A DNA stretch of 36,962 nucleotides from an uncultured Methanosarcinales archaeon (GTDB lineage Archaea > Nanobdellota > Nanobdellia > Woesearchaeales > CAZGIN01): the NCBI GenBank assembly GCA_964526585.1, contig CAZGIN010000001.1:1-36962 (forward strand), read 5' to 3'. The translations under genes and the position numbers were made by a program. The notes under the pieces were generated by a model that was given only the letters and a program-made list of their open reading frames with translations, was not told the origin of the DNA and did no database searches. Shown one piece after another: positions 22,845 to 31,791 of the stretch; position 1 is the stretch's first letter, and each line of letters starts with the position of its first letter.

Positions 22845-23601
22845 CAACATAGCTCATCTTCTTCTTTTCGCTCTCCTCTTCTGCTTTTGAGCTCTGCGAT
22901 AATATCTTCTTGAGTTTCTCTTCGAACTTTTCTGCTTTTTCGAGAAGCGGCTTTACGTCTACATCAAATCCTATGTATTTTCCCAGCAGTTCCAGCACTT
23001 TTGCTGCTGCTTTAGAATCCGGAAGCTGTGAATGTGTTTCTGCGAATACGCATGTTAATGGCGTTTTTGCTTTCATCAGCAGTGCTCCTGTAACGCCCAT
23101 GATTATGCCTTCTTTCAAAGGCTCAAGACCTAATGATTTTAGCTTTGCATTCGCTTTTGAGGCATAATAGAAGACATTGCTCTCTTCTGAAGGCATCGGG
23201 CTTCCTACTCCTTCTACTGATATTATCTCTTTGGCTTTGAGCTGGTCTGCTACGTTCATTATTATCTTTGCTGCATCCCATTCTATCCCTGCTGATCCTG
23301 ATATTGAGTGCACTATCGCAAGATTCTTGCTTTTTGCGTAGTATACTCCTATCGGATCCACTACTTTTGATTCGTGTATCGCTATGGTTGCAGGAAGGTC
23401 TTCAAACCAGTATGTCCCTATCTTTTCGCACTGCAGGTGCTCTATCAGAAATTCTGTTACTATCGTCCCGATCAGCCCGAATCCGGGAAATCCTTCGATT
23501 AGCATAACATTCTGCGGTTTTTTAGAGAGCATGATTGTCTTCTTTTCTTCGGTCTTTTCAGGCATTTTGCCACCTCTTTTGGTTTTCTTGATATCCGCCA
23601 T
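22840..23601 (-). CDS. PAC2-family proteasome assembly chaperone
   Basis: 253 aa. MLIEGFPGFGLIGTIVTEFLIEHL is the typical N-terminal motif of the archaeal PAC2/COG1938 family. Acidic/Lys-rich C-terminal tail. Confidence 0.7.
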   Translation of the reverse strand: MADIKKTKRGGKMPEKTEEKKTIMLSKKPQNVMLIEGFPGFGLIGTIVTEFLIEHLQCEKIGTYWFEDLPATIAIHESKVVDPIGVYYAKSKNLAIVHSISGSAGIEWDAAKIIMNVADQLKAKEIISVEGVGSPMPSEESNVFYYASKANAKLKSLGLEPLKEGIIMGVTGALLMKAKTPLTCVFAETHSQLPDSKAAAKVLELLGKYIGFDVDVKPLLEKAEKFEEKLKKILSQSSKAEEESEKKKMSYVG

Positions 23602-23609
23602 TTATATAT

Positions 23610-26246
23610 TTAATCCATCTCGTGCGTCATGAGCTGCACTATCTTTGTCGCTACAAGCCCTATCACAAGCAGTGCTGCAGTAGCTCCCAGTATAAAGCCC
23701 CAGTCTACTAATGTGAGAGGTATTACCTTGAACACCTTGTTCAAAGGAGTGTATACTACCATCAGCTGCAATAGCATTGATGATGCCATCGCAAGCAGCA
23801 GCCATATGTTTGAAAATATTCCAACTTTGTATGTTATCCTTATCATGTATACTCTTACCATCTCGAACACTACTAATGCTGTGAATGCCATCGTCTGGGC
23901 TTTTATCGCGCTTTCTCCCAATCCATGGTTGAACAGCCATAGTGTTCCTCCTGCTATCAGGACTCCTATAACTACTATCATTATTGTCATGTTTTCATCG
24001 ATTATGTTCTCTTTTGGGCTTCTTGGCTTCCTTTCCATTATGCCTTTTCCGTGAGGATCTACTCCCAATGCCAGTGCTGGAAGCCCGTCTGTAACGAGAT
24101 TTATCCATAGCAGATGTATAGCCAATAAAGGAACAACTACTTTTCCTCCAAAATGGAATCCTATCAGCATCGCTACAAATAATACTAGTACTTCTCCTGT
24201 ATTGGATGATAACAGATAGTTCACGAATTTCTTTATGTTGTCGTATATGCCTCTTCCTTCCTCTACTGCATTTACTATCGATGCGAAATTATCGTCTGTC
24301 AGGATCATATCACTAGCTTCTTTTGCGACTTCTGTGCCGTTTATTCCCATCGATATCCCTATGTCAGCCTTTTTCAAAGCAGGAGCATCATTTACGCCGT
24401 CTCCTGTCATAGCTACGATATGGCCTTTCTTCTTCAGCGCATCTATGATCTTGATCTTCTGCTCTGGAGAAGCCCTTGCTATTATCGCTATCTTGTCGAT
24501 CTCTTTGTTTAGGTTTATCTTATCCAAGTCCTTGCCTTCTATGGCTTTTCCTTCAAGACCTATCTCTTTTGCGATCGCTTCTGCTGTTATCTTATGGTCT
24601 CCTGTTATCATCACTACTTTTATGCCTGCCTTCTTGCATTTGATCAAAGCTTCTTTCACTTCCGGCCTTGCAGGATCTATCATGGCTTGCAGTCCTGTGA
24701 ATACCAGGTTGTTCTCCTTATGTTCTTTTCCGTCAACTTCTTTGTATGCAAATCCTAGTACTCTTAATGCTTGTTTTGCGAACTCCTCGTTCTTTTTTAG
24801 TATCTTTTTCTTGTCAGCGCTTGTTATCTTTCGCACTTTTCCGTTTTCGAGGATCTTTGTGCACTTTTCTATTATGCTGTCTGGTGCTCCCTTTGTGTGC
24901 ATTATCTTTTTGCTTGCTTTCTTGTTTATCGTGCTCATCAGCTTTCTTTTGCTGTCAAAAACTATCTCATGCACTCTTTTCCATTCATTCTGGAGCTTTT
25001 TCCTTCCTATGCCTGATTTTTCTCCTGATACCAGCAGTGCTGCTTCTGTAGGATCCCCTATGACTTCTTTTTCGTTTAGTTGGGCATTGTTGCACAGCAT
25101 GCCTATCTGCAGCAGCATACTCAATGACTTTGTCTTTTCAGAAAATCCTCCTTTGGTTGAGTATCCGCTTCCTGATACGCTTATCTCTTTGCCGTCTGCA
25201 TATATCTTTTTGACTGTCATCTGGTTTTTCGTGAAAGTTCCTGTTTTGTCAGAGCATATCACTGTTGTGCTTCCTAATGTCTGTACTGATGGGAGCTTTC
25301 TTACAAGTGCATTTCTTTTGATCATCCTCTGCACTCCTAAGGCTAAGCTTACAGTTACTACTGCCGGCAATCCCTCAGGTATTGCCGCAACTGCTAACGC
25401 AACCGCTACTAAGAACATCTGCACTACTGTTTCTTTTTGTATGCCGTTGAACAATCCTTCTCTGTATATCCCTACTGCAAATACTACTATCGCTATCACT
25501 ATCGTGAATATGCCCAGCCATTTTGCAAGTACTTGAAGTTTTTTCTGTAATGGTGTCATCTCTTCTTTTGTTTCCTGTATGAGGTTTGCTATCTTTCCTA
25601 TCTCTGTCTTCATTCCAGTTCCTGTTACGATGCATTTTCCTCTTCCTTTTGTTACTATAGTTCCTGAGAACACCATATTTTTCCTGTCTGCCAGGACTGT
25701 ATCTTTCTTCAAGAGAGAAATATTTTTTGTTACAGGGGATGATTCTCCTGTCAGTGCTGCTTCCAATGTTTGAAGCTCATTTACTTCCATAAGCCTTGCG
25801 TCTGCGCTTACCTTGTCTCCTTCTTCTAATATTAAGATATCTCCGGGGACGATCTTGCTTGAATCGATCAGCTGCTCTTTTCCGTCTCTTATGACTTTTG
25901 CTTTTACGCTCTCCAGCTTCTTTAGCGCATCTATGCTTTTTTCCGCCCTGTACTCTTGTACGAATCCTAATATTCCGTTTGCTATAAGGATTGCCAATAT
26001 TACGATGCTGTCAAGCCATTCTCCAAGTATTGCTGATATTATCGTTGCAGCTATCAGGATATATACTATGAAGCTGTTGAACTGGTTAAGGAATATCCAT
26101 ATCGGATTTGTGCCCTTCTTCTGCTCTATCTTGTTTTCTCCGTATTTCTTGAGCCTTTTCCTTGCTTCTGATTCGCTTAATCCTTTTGTTGAGCTTTCCA
26201 GCTCTTTTAGAATATCCTCTACTTTCTTGCCGTGCATTCTCACCAC
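23610..26246 (-). CDS. P-type cation-transporting ATPase (type IIA, Ca2+-ATPase-like)
   Basis: 878 aa. LTGESSPV, ICSDKTGTFTKNQM, MITGDHKITA, MTGDGVNDAPALKKADIG, and multiple TM segments. The track start is GTG. An alternative ATG is at 26237. Confidence 0.92.
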   Translation of the reverse strand: MVRMHGKKVEDILKELESSTKGLSESEARKRLKKYGENKIEQKKGTNPIWIFLNQFNSFIVYILIAATIISAILGEWLDSIVILAILIANGILGFVQEYRAEKSIDALKKLESVKAKVIRDGKEQLIDSSKIVPGDILILEEGDKVSADARLMEVNELQTLEAALTGESSPVTKNISLLKKDTVLADRKNMVFSGTIVTKGRGKCIVTGTGMKTEIGKIANLIQETKEEMTPLQKKLQVLAKWLGIFTIVIAIVVFAVGIYREGLFNGIQKETVVQMFLVAVALAVAAIPEGLPAVVTVSLALGVQRMIKRNALVRKLPSVQTLGSTTVICSDKTGTFTKNQMTVKKIYADGKEISVSGSGYSTKGGFSEKTKSLSMLLQIGMLCNNAQLNEKEVIGDPTEAALLVSGEKSGIGRKKLQNEWKRVHEIVFDSKRKLMSTINKKASKKIMHTKGAPDSIIEKCTKILENGKVRKITSADKKKILKKNEEFAKQALRVLGFAYKEVDGKEHKENNLVFTGLQAMIDPARPEVKEALIKCKKAGIKVVMITGDHKITAEAIAKEIGLEGKAIEGKDLDKINLNKEIDKIAIIARASPEQKIKIIDALKKKGHIVAMTGDGVNDAPALKKADIGISMGINGTEVAKEASDMILTDDNFASIVNAVEEGRGIYDNIKKFVNYLLSSNTGEVLVLFVAMLIGFHFGGKVVVPLLAIHLLWINLVTDGLPALALGVDPHGKGIMERKPRSPKENIIDENMTIMIVVIGVLIAGGTLWLFNHGLGESAIKAQTMAFTALVVFEMVRVYMIRITYKVGIFSNIWLLLAMASSMLLQLMVVYTPLNKVFKVIPLTLVDWGFILGATAALLVIGLVATKIVQLMTHEMD

Positions 26247-26249
26247 TTC

Positions 26250-26501
26250 TTAATTCATCATTTCCAGTACTTTTAGGAGGTTGTATTTTTTTGAGGAAAC
26301 TGGTCGCTGCCTCATCTTGTCTATCCCTTCTGTCTTGTATTCTTTTATCCTTCCTGTCATCACAGGCTGTGCTTTCCTTGTTGCAGTCATCACTTGTTTC
26401 AGGAATAGGTTTCTTACTTTTTGCATCTCCTCCTGTTTTCGGATGTACTCCTGCAGTTCCTGGTGCTTTTTCCTCAGTTTTTCCATGCTTTCTGTCATCA
26501 T
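26250..26501 (-). CDS. small hypothetical protein upstream of the ATPase
   Basis: 83 aa from MMTESMEKLRKK.... I trimmed the track ORF (start 26597) because its first 32 codons run through a strong hairpin and overlap the AbrB-like ORF. Confidence 0.35.
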   Translation of the reverse strand: MMTESMEKLRKKHQELQEYIRKQEEMQKVRNLFLKQVMTATRKAQPVMTGRIKEYKTEGIDKMRQRPVSSKKYNLLKVLEMMN

Positions 26502-26509
26502 GATCAAAA

Positions 26510-26542
26510 CTGGCAGCCGGGACCAAAGTCCCGGACTGCCAG
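26510..26542 (-). terminator. GC-rich 14-bp hairpin followed by a U-run (terminator/attenuator candidate)
   Basis: ctggcag-ccgggac-caaa-gtcccgg-a-ctgccag. On the minus strand it is followed by GUUUUG and then the ATG at 26501. Confidence 0.45.
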
Positions 26543-26565
26543 CCTCCAAATCTTCGCCAAAAGCG

Positions 26566-26745
26566 TCATTTACTTGATCTCTTTTTTGCCTCTTCAAATT
26601 CTAAATACCACCTGTTCTTGTCGCGCTCGTATCTGAACACTACATTGTGTTTCTTTGATTTGTCGAGCGCGAAAAGAAGAGGCATCGGGATGGTAGTTTC
26701 GTAGCTTGAACCTCTCTTGTAGAGTTTTCTTCTGAGTTCAGTCAT
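26566..26745 (-). CDS. AbrB/SpoVT-like small DNA-binding protein (not in the ORF track, 59 aa)
   Basis: Hand translation gives MTELRRKLYKRGSSYETTIPMPLLFALDKSKKHNVVFRYERDKNRWYLEFEEAKKRSSK. K.YKRGSSYE.TIP resembles archaeal AbrB-family N-termini. Confidence 0.55.
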   Translation of the reverse strand: MTELRRKLYKRGSSYETTIPMPLLFALDKSKKHNVVFRYERDKNRWYLEFEEAKKRSSK

Positions 26746-26948
26746 CTTTTCACGTTCTCATACTTATTTTTTAGCTTATCTAGTAGCTTACTTATTTATA
26801 TATCTTTCGATTAGATTATTAGCTGATATAAATACTTTACTATTTATTATATTATTTACTTAGAAAAATACTTATCCAATATCGACAAAAATAGCATATG
26901 TCTTTATTAATCCAGATTGAATTCTCTGTCTGTTAGGGGGTATTTACA

Positions 26949-27497
26949 ATGAAAAAACTTAAGCATTCAGCTATAAGGCTGAGATTTGTTCCGCAAAAAT
27001 ATATCGAGAATCCTGCTGCATATGATGGAGATAAAGATGCTTGCAGGACTATCTGTATAGAGACTGCAAGAGCTTGTACCCGAGATATCCTCGGAAAGGA
27101 TTTTAAAGGCGCTCTTTTTGAAGATTTTTCTCGTGATCCAAGTCTTCCTGTACTTCCATCAAGACCATTCTACGCTCCTAGGATTCTCTCTTATGAAGGC
27201 GGCTTAGAAGTTAGGTTTTATGATCTTATGCATCCAGGTGATCAGCCTATCATTCCCAGCATGTCTGTTTTCTATCGGGCTCCTGATGACAGGAAAGTTG
27301 CGCAGACAATTAGGGATATAATGTTAAGGGGAACTCTTTTAGGAAATGATCCTGTCGAGGCTTTTGGTTATTCTGAGGGAAAAATTGTTGATCAAGGCCT
27401 TGAGTTTCTTGCGATGTATCTTAATCCTGGAACTAAGATCCATTCTTACGACGGCCAGCTCAGGGAGCATTTCTTAGTCAAGCCAAAAGAATCTTGA
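26949..27497 (+). CDS. hypothetical protein
   Basis: 182 aa. GGGGGT lies about 8 nt upstream of the ATG. Composition is noticeably GC-richer and less Lys-rich than neighbours. No motif recognised. Confidence 0.55.
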   Translation: MKKLKHSAIRLRFVPQKYIENPAAYDGDKDACRTICIETARACTRDILGKDFKGALFEDFSRDPSLPVLPSRPFYAPRILSYEGGLEVRFYDLMHPGDQPIIPSMSVFYRAPDDRKVAQTIRDIMLRGTLLGNDPVEAFGYSEGKIVDQGLEFLAMYLNPGTKIHSYDGQLREHFLVKPKES

Positions 27498-27533
27498 TTT
27501 TTTGTTATTCTCTTTTGTTATTCTCATTTCTTT

Positions 27534-28616
27534 TTATTCTGTTACTATCCTTATCATGTCTTGTATCGCTGTGTTTGGTATCCCGTATATTGAAGTGTCT
27601 CTTTCCCCTCCGGTTGCTGATATAAGCCCTACTATCCCTTGGCTGTTGTAGATCATGCTTCCGCTGAATCCGCCTCTTACTGGATTTGTTATTCTTCCTG
27701 TCTCATCAGGGTTTTGGCTTAGTATAAGGTGCAGCCTGAATTGGTATCGCCCGTCTCCTACCCTGCTTGCTCCTGCTTGTGCATAATCATCTAGTGTGAA
27801 TTGAGATTGAAATGTTTCATAATCTTCTATCCTTGTTGTTACAAACTGCGTTACTGATCTTAACGGTCCAGTTTCATCTCCTGCTAGAGGGATTTCAGTA
27901 ACATCAACAGGCTCTGTTACTTCAAGCAATGCAAGGTCTGCCTCTGACCATATGACTGCTGGGCTTGCTTGATAAGTTCCTTTTTGCCCATAGACATAGC
28001 ATGTTGTGCTGAAGTATGCTACCCTTTCTCTTGCTAAGATATGGGCGCATGTTAATATGAACTTATCATTGAGGAATATGCCGTTTCCGACTGCAGTTCT
28101 GCCGGCTGTAATTCCGCTCAGTATATAATCTGGTTTTACTACTAGAACACTGTTCTCTCGTACAAGATCTTCTATGTTTTCTATATTTTCATAATTTACT
28201 CTTATCTGCCTTAAGCTGCTCAAGTCGATATCCCTTACTCTGATCATGTCTACGTATAGGAATCTTGGTGTTGTTGAGTTTCTGTAATTGTTAAATTGCT
28301 CTTCAAGTTCAGCATTTCTTCTTAATAGCATGTTAGTATCTTCTATCATCTCATTGGATCTTCTTTGCATTCTCTCTTCGCTTTCTCTTGCTTCTGTTAT
28401 TCTCTCTTCAAGGCATTCATTCTCTCCTCTCAGTTGATCGTTCTCTTCCTGCACTTCTTGTGTCGGGTTCCTTGTTCTCAGATCTTCTATCTCTTCTTTT
28501 GGTACTACTAAGAATTCAGTTTGAGGCCTTGCCGGCTGCTCCTGAGCAGGTATCTTGCAGCCTGAGAAGTATACTGATGCTATTAATGCTAAAGTTGTGA
28601 ATATTCTTCGGATCAT
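27534..28616 (-). CDS. lipoprotein with coiled-coil linker and C-terminal trypsin-like serine protease domain
   Basis: 360 aa. Signal plus lipobox (VYFSGC), an E/R-rich helical region, then a His (ILTCAHIL), Asp (ADLALLEV), Ser (RGGFSGSMIY) triad context. Confidence 0.7.
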   Translation of the reverse strand: MIRRIFTTLALIASVYFSGCKIPAQEQPARPQTEFLVVPKEEIEDLRTRNPTQEVQEENDQLRGENECLEERITEARESEERMQRRSNEMIEDTNMLLRRNAELEEQFNNYRNSTTPRFLYVDMIRVRDIDLSSLRQIRVNYENIENIEDLVRENSVLVVKPDYILSGITAGRTAVGNGIFLNDKFILTCAHILARERVAYFSTTCYVYGQKGTYQASPAVIWSEADLALLEVTEPVDVTEIPLAGDETGPLRSVTQFVTTRIEDYETFQSQFTLDDYAQAGASRVGDGRYQFRLHLILSQNPDETGRITNPVRGGFSGSMIYNSQGIVGLISATGGERDTSIYGIPNTAIQDMIRIVTE

Positions 28617-28674
28617 ATCTTAGAGAATTGTATATCAAAATAAAAAGGTTACGAAAAATTAAAAAAAGAAGAAA

Positions 28675-29427
28675 TTACTTCTTCTTTGCTGGAGCTGCTG
28701 GTTTTGCTGCTCCTCCTGCAGGGGCTTTTGCAGTGTCTGCTGGAAGCAGTGGTTCGTAGATCTCTGCTGGTATCTTTGCTTCTACCATCGCTGCTTTGAT
28801 CTGTGACCTTGTCTTTGCTTTGTTCTGCTCTACTATGTCTTTGGCCATCTTTTCAAACTCTGCTCTTCTTGTTTTCAGCTCTTCTGCAAGCTTCTTCTTC
28901 TCTTCTTCAAGCTCTTTCATCTCTTCAGCTGACAGTTCTGTCTTTCCTGATTTGATCTCTTCGTCGAACTTGCCTTCGTCTACCAGCTTGATTGCGTCTT
29001 TTGCTGCAACTCCTTCTACCATGATTCCCATGCTGTTGCATGTTCCTATAACTTCTTTTACTCTTGCCTGCATGGTCTTTCCTGATAGGTTGTCTTCTTT
29101 CATCTTTGCGATCTTGATCACTTGCTCTATCTTCAGGTCTGCAACCTTGTCTGCTAAAGGATTTCCAGATCCTTTTTCTATCCCTGCTTCTTTCTTGATC
29201 AGGGCAGATGCTGGAGGCGTTCCTACTGTTATCTCAAATTCTTTTGTGTCAGTATCTACTATTACCTTGACCGGAACTTGCATTCCTTTGAAGGATGCTG
29301 TCTTTTCGTTGATTTTCGCTATTACTTGGCCTATGTTAACTCCCATAGGTCCCATCGCTGGTCCTAATGGTGGGCCTGCTGTGGCTTTTCCGCCTTCCAC
29401 TAGTGCGTCTATTTTTTCTTTTGTCAT
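28675..29427 (-). CDS. rpl11: 50S ribosomal protein uL11 with about 88-aa C-terminal extension
   Basis: MTKEKIDALVEGGKATAGPPLGPAMGPMGVNIGQV... is a canonical uL11 N-terminus. The protein runs about 250 aa, against about 160 for typical archaeal uL11. The track start is GTG 29436. Confidence 0.9.
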   Translation of the reverse strand: MTKEKIDALVEGGKATAGPPLGPAMGPMGVNIGQVIAKINEKTASFKGMQVPVKVIVDTDTKEFEITVGTPPASALIKKEAGIEKGSGNPLADKVADLKIEQVIKIAKMKEDNLSGKTMQARVKEVIGTCNSMGIMVEGVAAKDAIKLVDEGKFDEEIKSGKTELSAEEMKELEEEKKKLAEELKTRRAEFEKMAKDIVEQNKAKTRSQIKAAMVEAKIPAEIYEPLLPADTAKAPAGGAAKPAAPAKKK

Positions 29428-29455
29428 GTTGATCACTGATTCCTACTTTTTAGTA

Positions 29456-30268
29456 TTATTCTTCTTCCTGCGGGTTGTCCCTTCTTATGACTTTGACAGA
29501 ATCCATCTTTACAGTGATTGGAATAGGAACTGCTGCCTCTAGAAGCTCAACAACAACTTCCTCTTTCTGCTTATCTATCCTTGTGATCTTTGCCTTCTCT
29601 CTCTTGAACGGCCCTGAGATGATCTCACAGATGTCGTTTTTCTGTATGTTGACCTCTTTCTTGCCTTGTTCAAGCATATGTTCTATCTCTGAGAAGTCGA
29701 TCTCTTTTGGTAGGATCCCCCTTGCGTATGGTACGCCGAATGCTGCCTGTTCCGCATCTGATTTTGTGGCAGCTTCTAGGAATATGTATCCCCTCATGCC
29801 GTGAGGTCTTATGATTGTGTATACTTCCAGCTTTTTCTTTGCTGCATTGCTTCCTACGAAGTCCATTACCTGATCTTCTCTGTTTGCTGTTGTCCTTAAT
29901 GCATATATCTTTGTTCCTTTTGGAGCTTCTTCTGGTTTTTCTTCAGTCGCTTCCTTTTTTTCTGCAGGTTTTTCACTAACCTCTTCCTCAGGTTGCTCCT
30001 GTTCCTTTTCTTCTTCACCAGATTCTTCTGTTGGTTCTTCTTCTGTCTCGTCTTCCGATACCTCTTCAGTATCTTCGCTGGATTCTTCTTCAGAATCATC
30101 TTTGTTTTCAGTTTCTTCCATCTTCTCAATATCCTTTTCAACAGGCTCTTCCATCTCAGTTTGAGACTCATCTTGAGTCTCTAACTTCCCAGGAATCTCT
30201 GATTCCTGTAATTTCTCAGTCTCCTGAACTTCTTGTTCCATCTCTTCTGGTGTTTTGTCTTCTTCCAT
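29456..30268 (-). CDS. spt5: transcription elongation factor Spt5 (NusG) with about 120-aa acidic N-terminal extension
   Basis: NGN (IYALRTTANREDQV...GYIFLEA) plus KOW (NDICEIISGPFKREKAKITRID) occupy the C-terminal 150 aa. The N-terminal 120 aa are E/D/T/S-rich low complexity. Start lies 2 nt after the secE stop. Confidence 0.9.
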   Translation of the reverse strand: MEEDKTPEEMEQEVQETEKLQESEIPGKLETQDESQTEMEEPVEKDIEKMEETENKDDSEEESSEDTEEVSEDETEEEPTEESGEEEKEQEQPEEEVSEKPAEKKEATEEKPEEAPKGTKIYALRTTANREDQVMDFVGSNAAKKKLEVYTIIRPHGMRGYIFLEAATKSDAEQAAFGVPYARGILPKEIDFSEIEHMLEQGKKEVNIQKNDICEIISGPFKREKAKITRIDKQKEEVVVELLEAAVPIPITVKMDSVKVIRRDNPQEEE

Positions 30269-30269
30269 C

Positions 30270-30461
30270 TTACAACAATAGCTGGTTTATCATGAATATT
30301 AAAAAGCCTATGACTCCTATCAAGAGTATCCCTACTCCTGATACTTTAACTATGGTCTTGAATTCCATCATATTGGGCTTTTTGGTCACTCTGAGGACTC
30401 TTCTGCATTCGCGAAAGAAGTCTTTAAGTTTCCCACCTATTCCTCGTTTTTCTTCTTCCAT
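30270..30461 (-). CDS. secE: preprotein translocase subunit SecE / Sec61-gamma
   Basis: 63 aa. ...FFRECRRVLRVTKKPNMMEF plus a single C-terminal TM segment. Conserved position upstream of spt5. Confidence 0.85.
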   Translation of the reverse strand: MEEEKRGIGGKLKDFFRECRRVLRVTKKPNMMEFKTIVKVSGVGILLIGVIGFLIFMINQLLL

Positions 30462-30532
30462 AGATACTCCAGAAGTCCTATTACTCTTTATAAAGGTTTT
30501 GCTTAAAGAGAGGTGTTAATCAAGATTCTCCT

Positions 30533-31687
30533 TCAAACAAACTCTATTCCCAGATCTTCGCCTATCTTTCTTCTCTGGCCGTCTTTCATGCTTGGTTTTG
30601 CTGTTCCGAATATCTGGTGGCTCTTAACTCCTGTAATGATCAGCATTACTCTCATTGTCCTGTCCATGTCTTCGTATATCTGAGCTCCCCATATGATGCG
30701 TGCGTTATCATCAAGCCTATTGCTTACAGCTTCTACTACTCTTCTTGCTTCTTCTAACGTCATGTCAGTTCCGCCTGATATGTTGATAAGTGCTCCATTT
30801 GCTCCTGACACATCTACATCTAGTAATGGGTTTGAGATTGCTTTCTCTATCGCTTCAATAGCTCTATTTTCAGAATCTGACTCTCCTACACCTATCAATG
30901 CGACTCCTCCTTTTCCCATAACAGCTTGTATGTCTGCAAAATCCAGGTTTACCAAGCCTGCTTTTGTCACAAGCTCTGTTATTCCCTTCACTGAATTTGT
31001 CAGGATCTCGTCTGCTACTTTAAATGCTGTCTGCAACGGCAGTTCTGGTGCCAGCTCAAGCAATTTGTCGTTTGGTATGACTATCAGTGTGTCGACAAGC
31101 TGCTCCATCTTTTCAAGTCCTATCAATGCGTTGTCGTATCTTCTTTTTCCTTCCATCGCAAATGGGAGTGTTACTATCCCCACTACTAAAGCGTCTACTT
31201 TTTTTGCTATCTCTGCTACTACTGGAGCTGCTCCGGTTCCTGTTCCTCCTCCTAAGCCGCATGTTACGAATATGATGTCTGCTTTTTCGAGCATCTTCCT
31301 TAGCTCGTGCTCATTCTCGTGCGCTGATTCTTCTCCTATCCTTGGGTCTCCGCCTGCTCCTTTTCCTCTTGTCCTGTCTCTTCCGATAAGAAGTTTCTTG
31401 TCTGCATGCGTAAATAGAAGATCTTGTGCATCTGTGTTGATGCCTATTGTCTCTGCTCCTTCTATGCCTACTTCCTGAATCCTGTTTAGGGTGTTCTTTC
31501 CTGCTCCGCCGCATCCTACTACTTTTATGGTAGATTTTTGCCTGTCCAGGAGCAGTGCTAATTCATGGTCTATGTCTTCTCCTGCTATGGAGTCTGTCTC
31601 TGCATCATATGTTTCCATGTCTACTTTTTGCTCTTTTGACTGGAACGATATCTTGTTTTCAGAAAGGTCTTCGAATGATTCATCCAC
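30533..31687 (-). CDS. ftsZ: cell division protein FtsZ
   Basis: 384 aa. VVGCGGAGKNTLN, GLGGGTGTGAAPVVAEIAK, NLDFADI. GTG start in the track; the N-terminal 50 aa are acidic. Confidence 0.95.
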   Translation of the reverse strand: MDESFEDLSENKISFQSKEQKVDMETYDAETDSIAGEDIDHELALLLDRQKSTIKVVGCGGAGKNTLNRIQEVGIEGAETIGINTDAQDLLFTHADKKLLIGRDRTRGKGAGGDPRIGEESAHENEHELRKMLEKADIIFVTCGLGGGTGTGAAPVVAEIAKKVDALVVGIVTLPFAMEGKRRYDNALIGLEKMEQLVDTLIVIPNDKLLELAPELPLQTAFKVADEILTNSVKGITELVTKAGLVNLDFADIQAVMGKGGVALIGVGESDSENRAIEAIEKAISNPLLDVDVSGANGALINISGGTDMTLEEARRVVEAVSNRLDDNARIIWGAQIYEDMDRTMRVMLIITGVKSHQIFGTAKPSMKDGQRRKIGEDLGIEFV

Positions 31688-31791
31688 TGTTGCCCACCAA
31701 ATTTATGATAATAATAGCCCTATATAAGCATTTTGGTATGTCACTATTACTAAGTCGAATCACTCCTGTTTGGTGTTAATTATCGATATTT

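Noticed and set aside
24235-25536. 433-aa plus-strand ORF, and similar long antisense ORFs at 28796-29542, 30693-31478, 32769-33389 and 4633-5088
   Set aside because: They lie antisense to genes with unmistakable family motifs (P-type ATPase, uL11/Spt5, FtsZ, FKBP, NrdJ) and have Ser/Phe/Leu-rich low-complexity composition. This is typical of shadow ORFs in AT-rich genomes.
26086-26597. 146-aa and 115-aa minus-strand ORFs at the ATPase 5' end
   Set aside because: 26086-26526 overlaps the ATPase N-terminus out of frame. The first 32 codons of 26250-26597 read through a 14-bp hairpin and overlap the AbrB-like ORF, so I kept only 26250-26501.
27250-27262. 13-nt exact match (tcattcccagcat) to the motif cluster at 16092-16104, inside ORF 26949-27497
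   Set aside because: It is a single in-frame occurrence with no neighbouring copies. I cannot distinguish it from chance or from a trace of shared ancestry, so it is noted only under the related finding.
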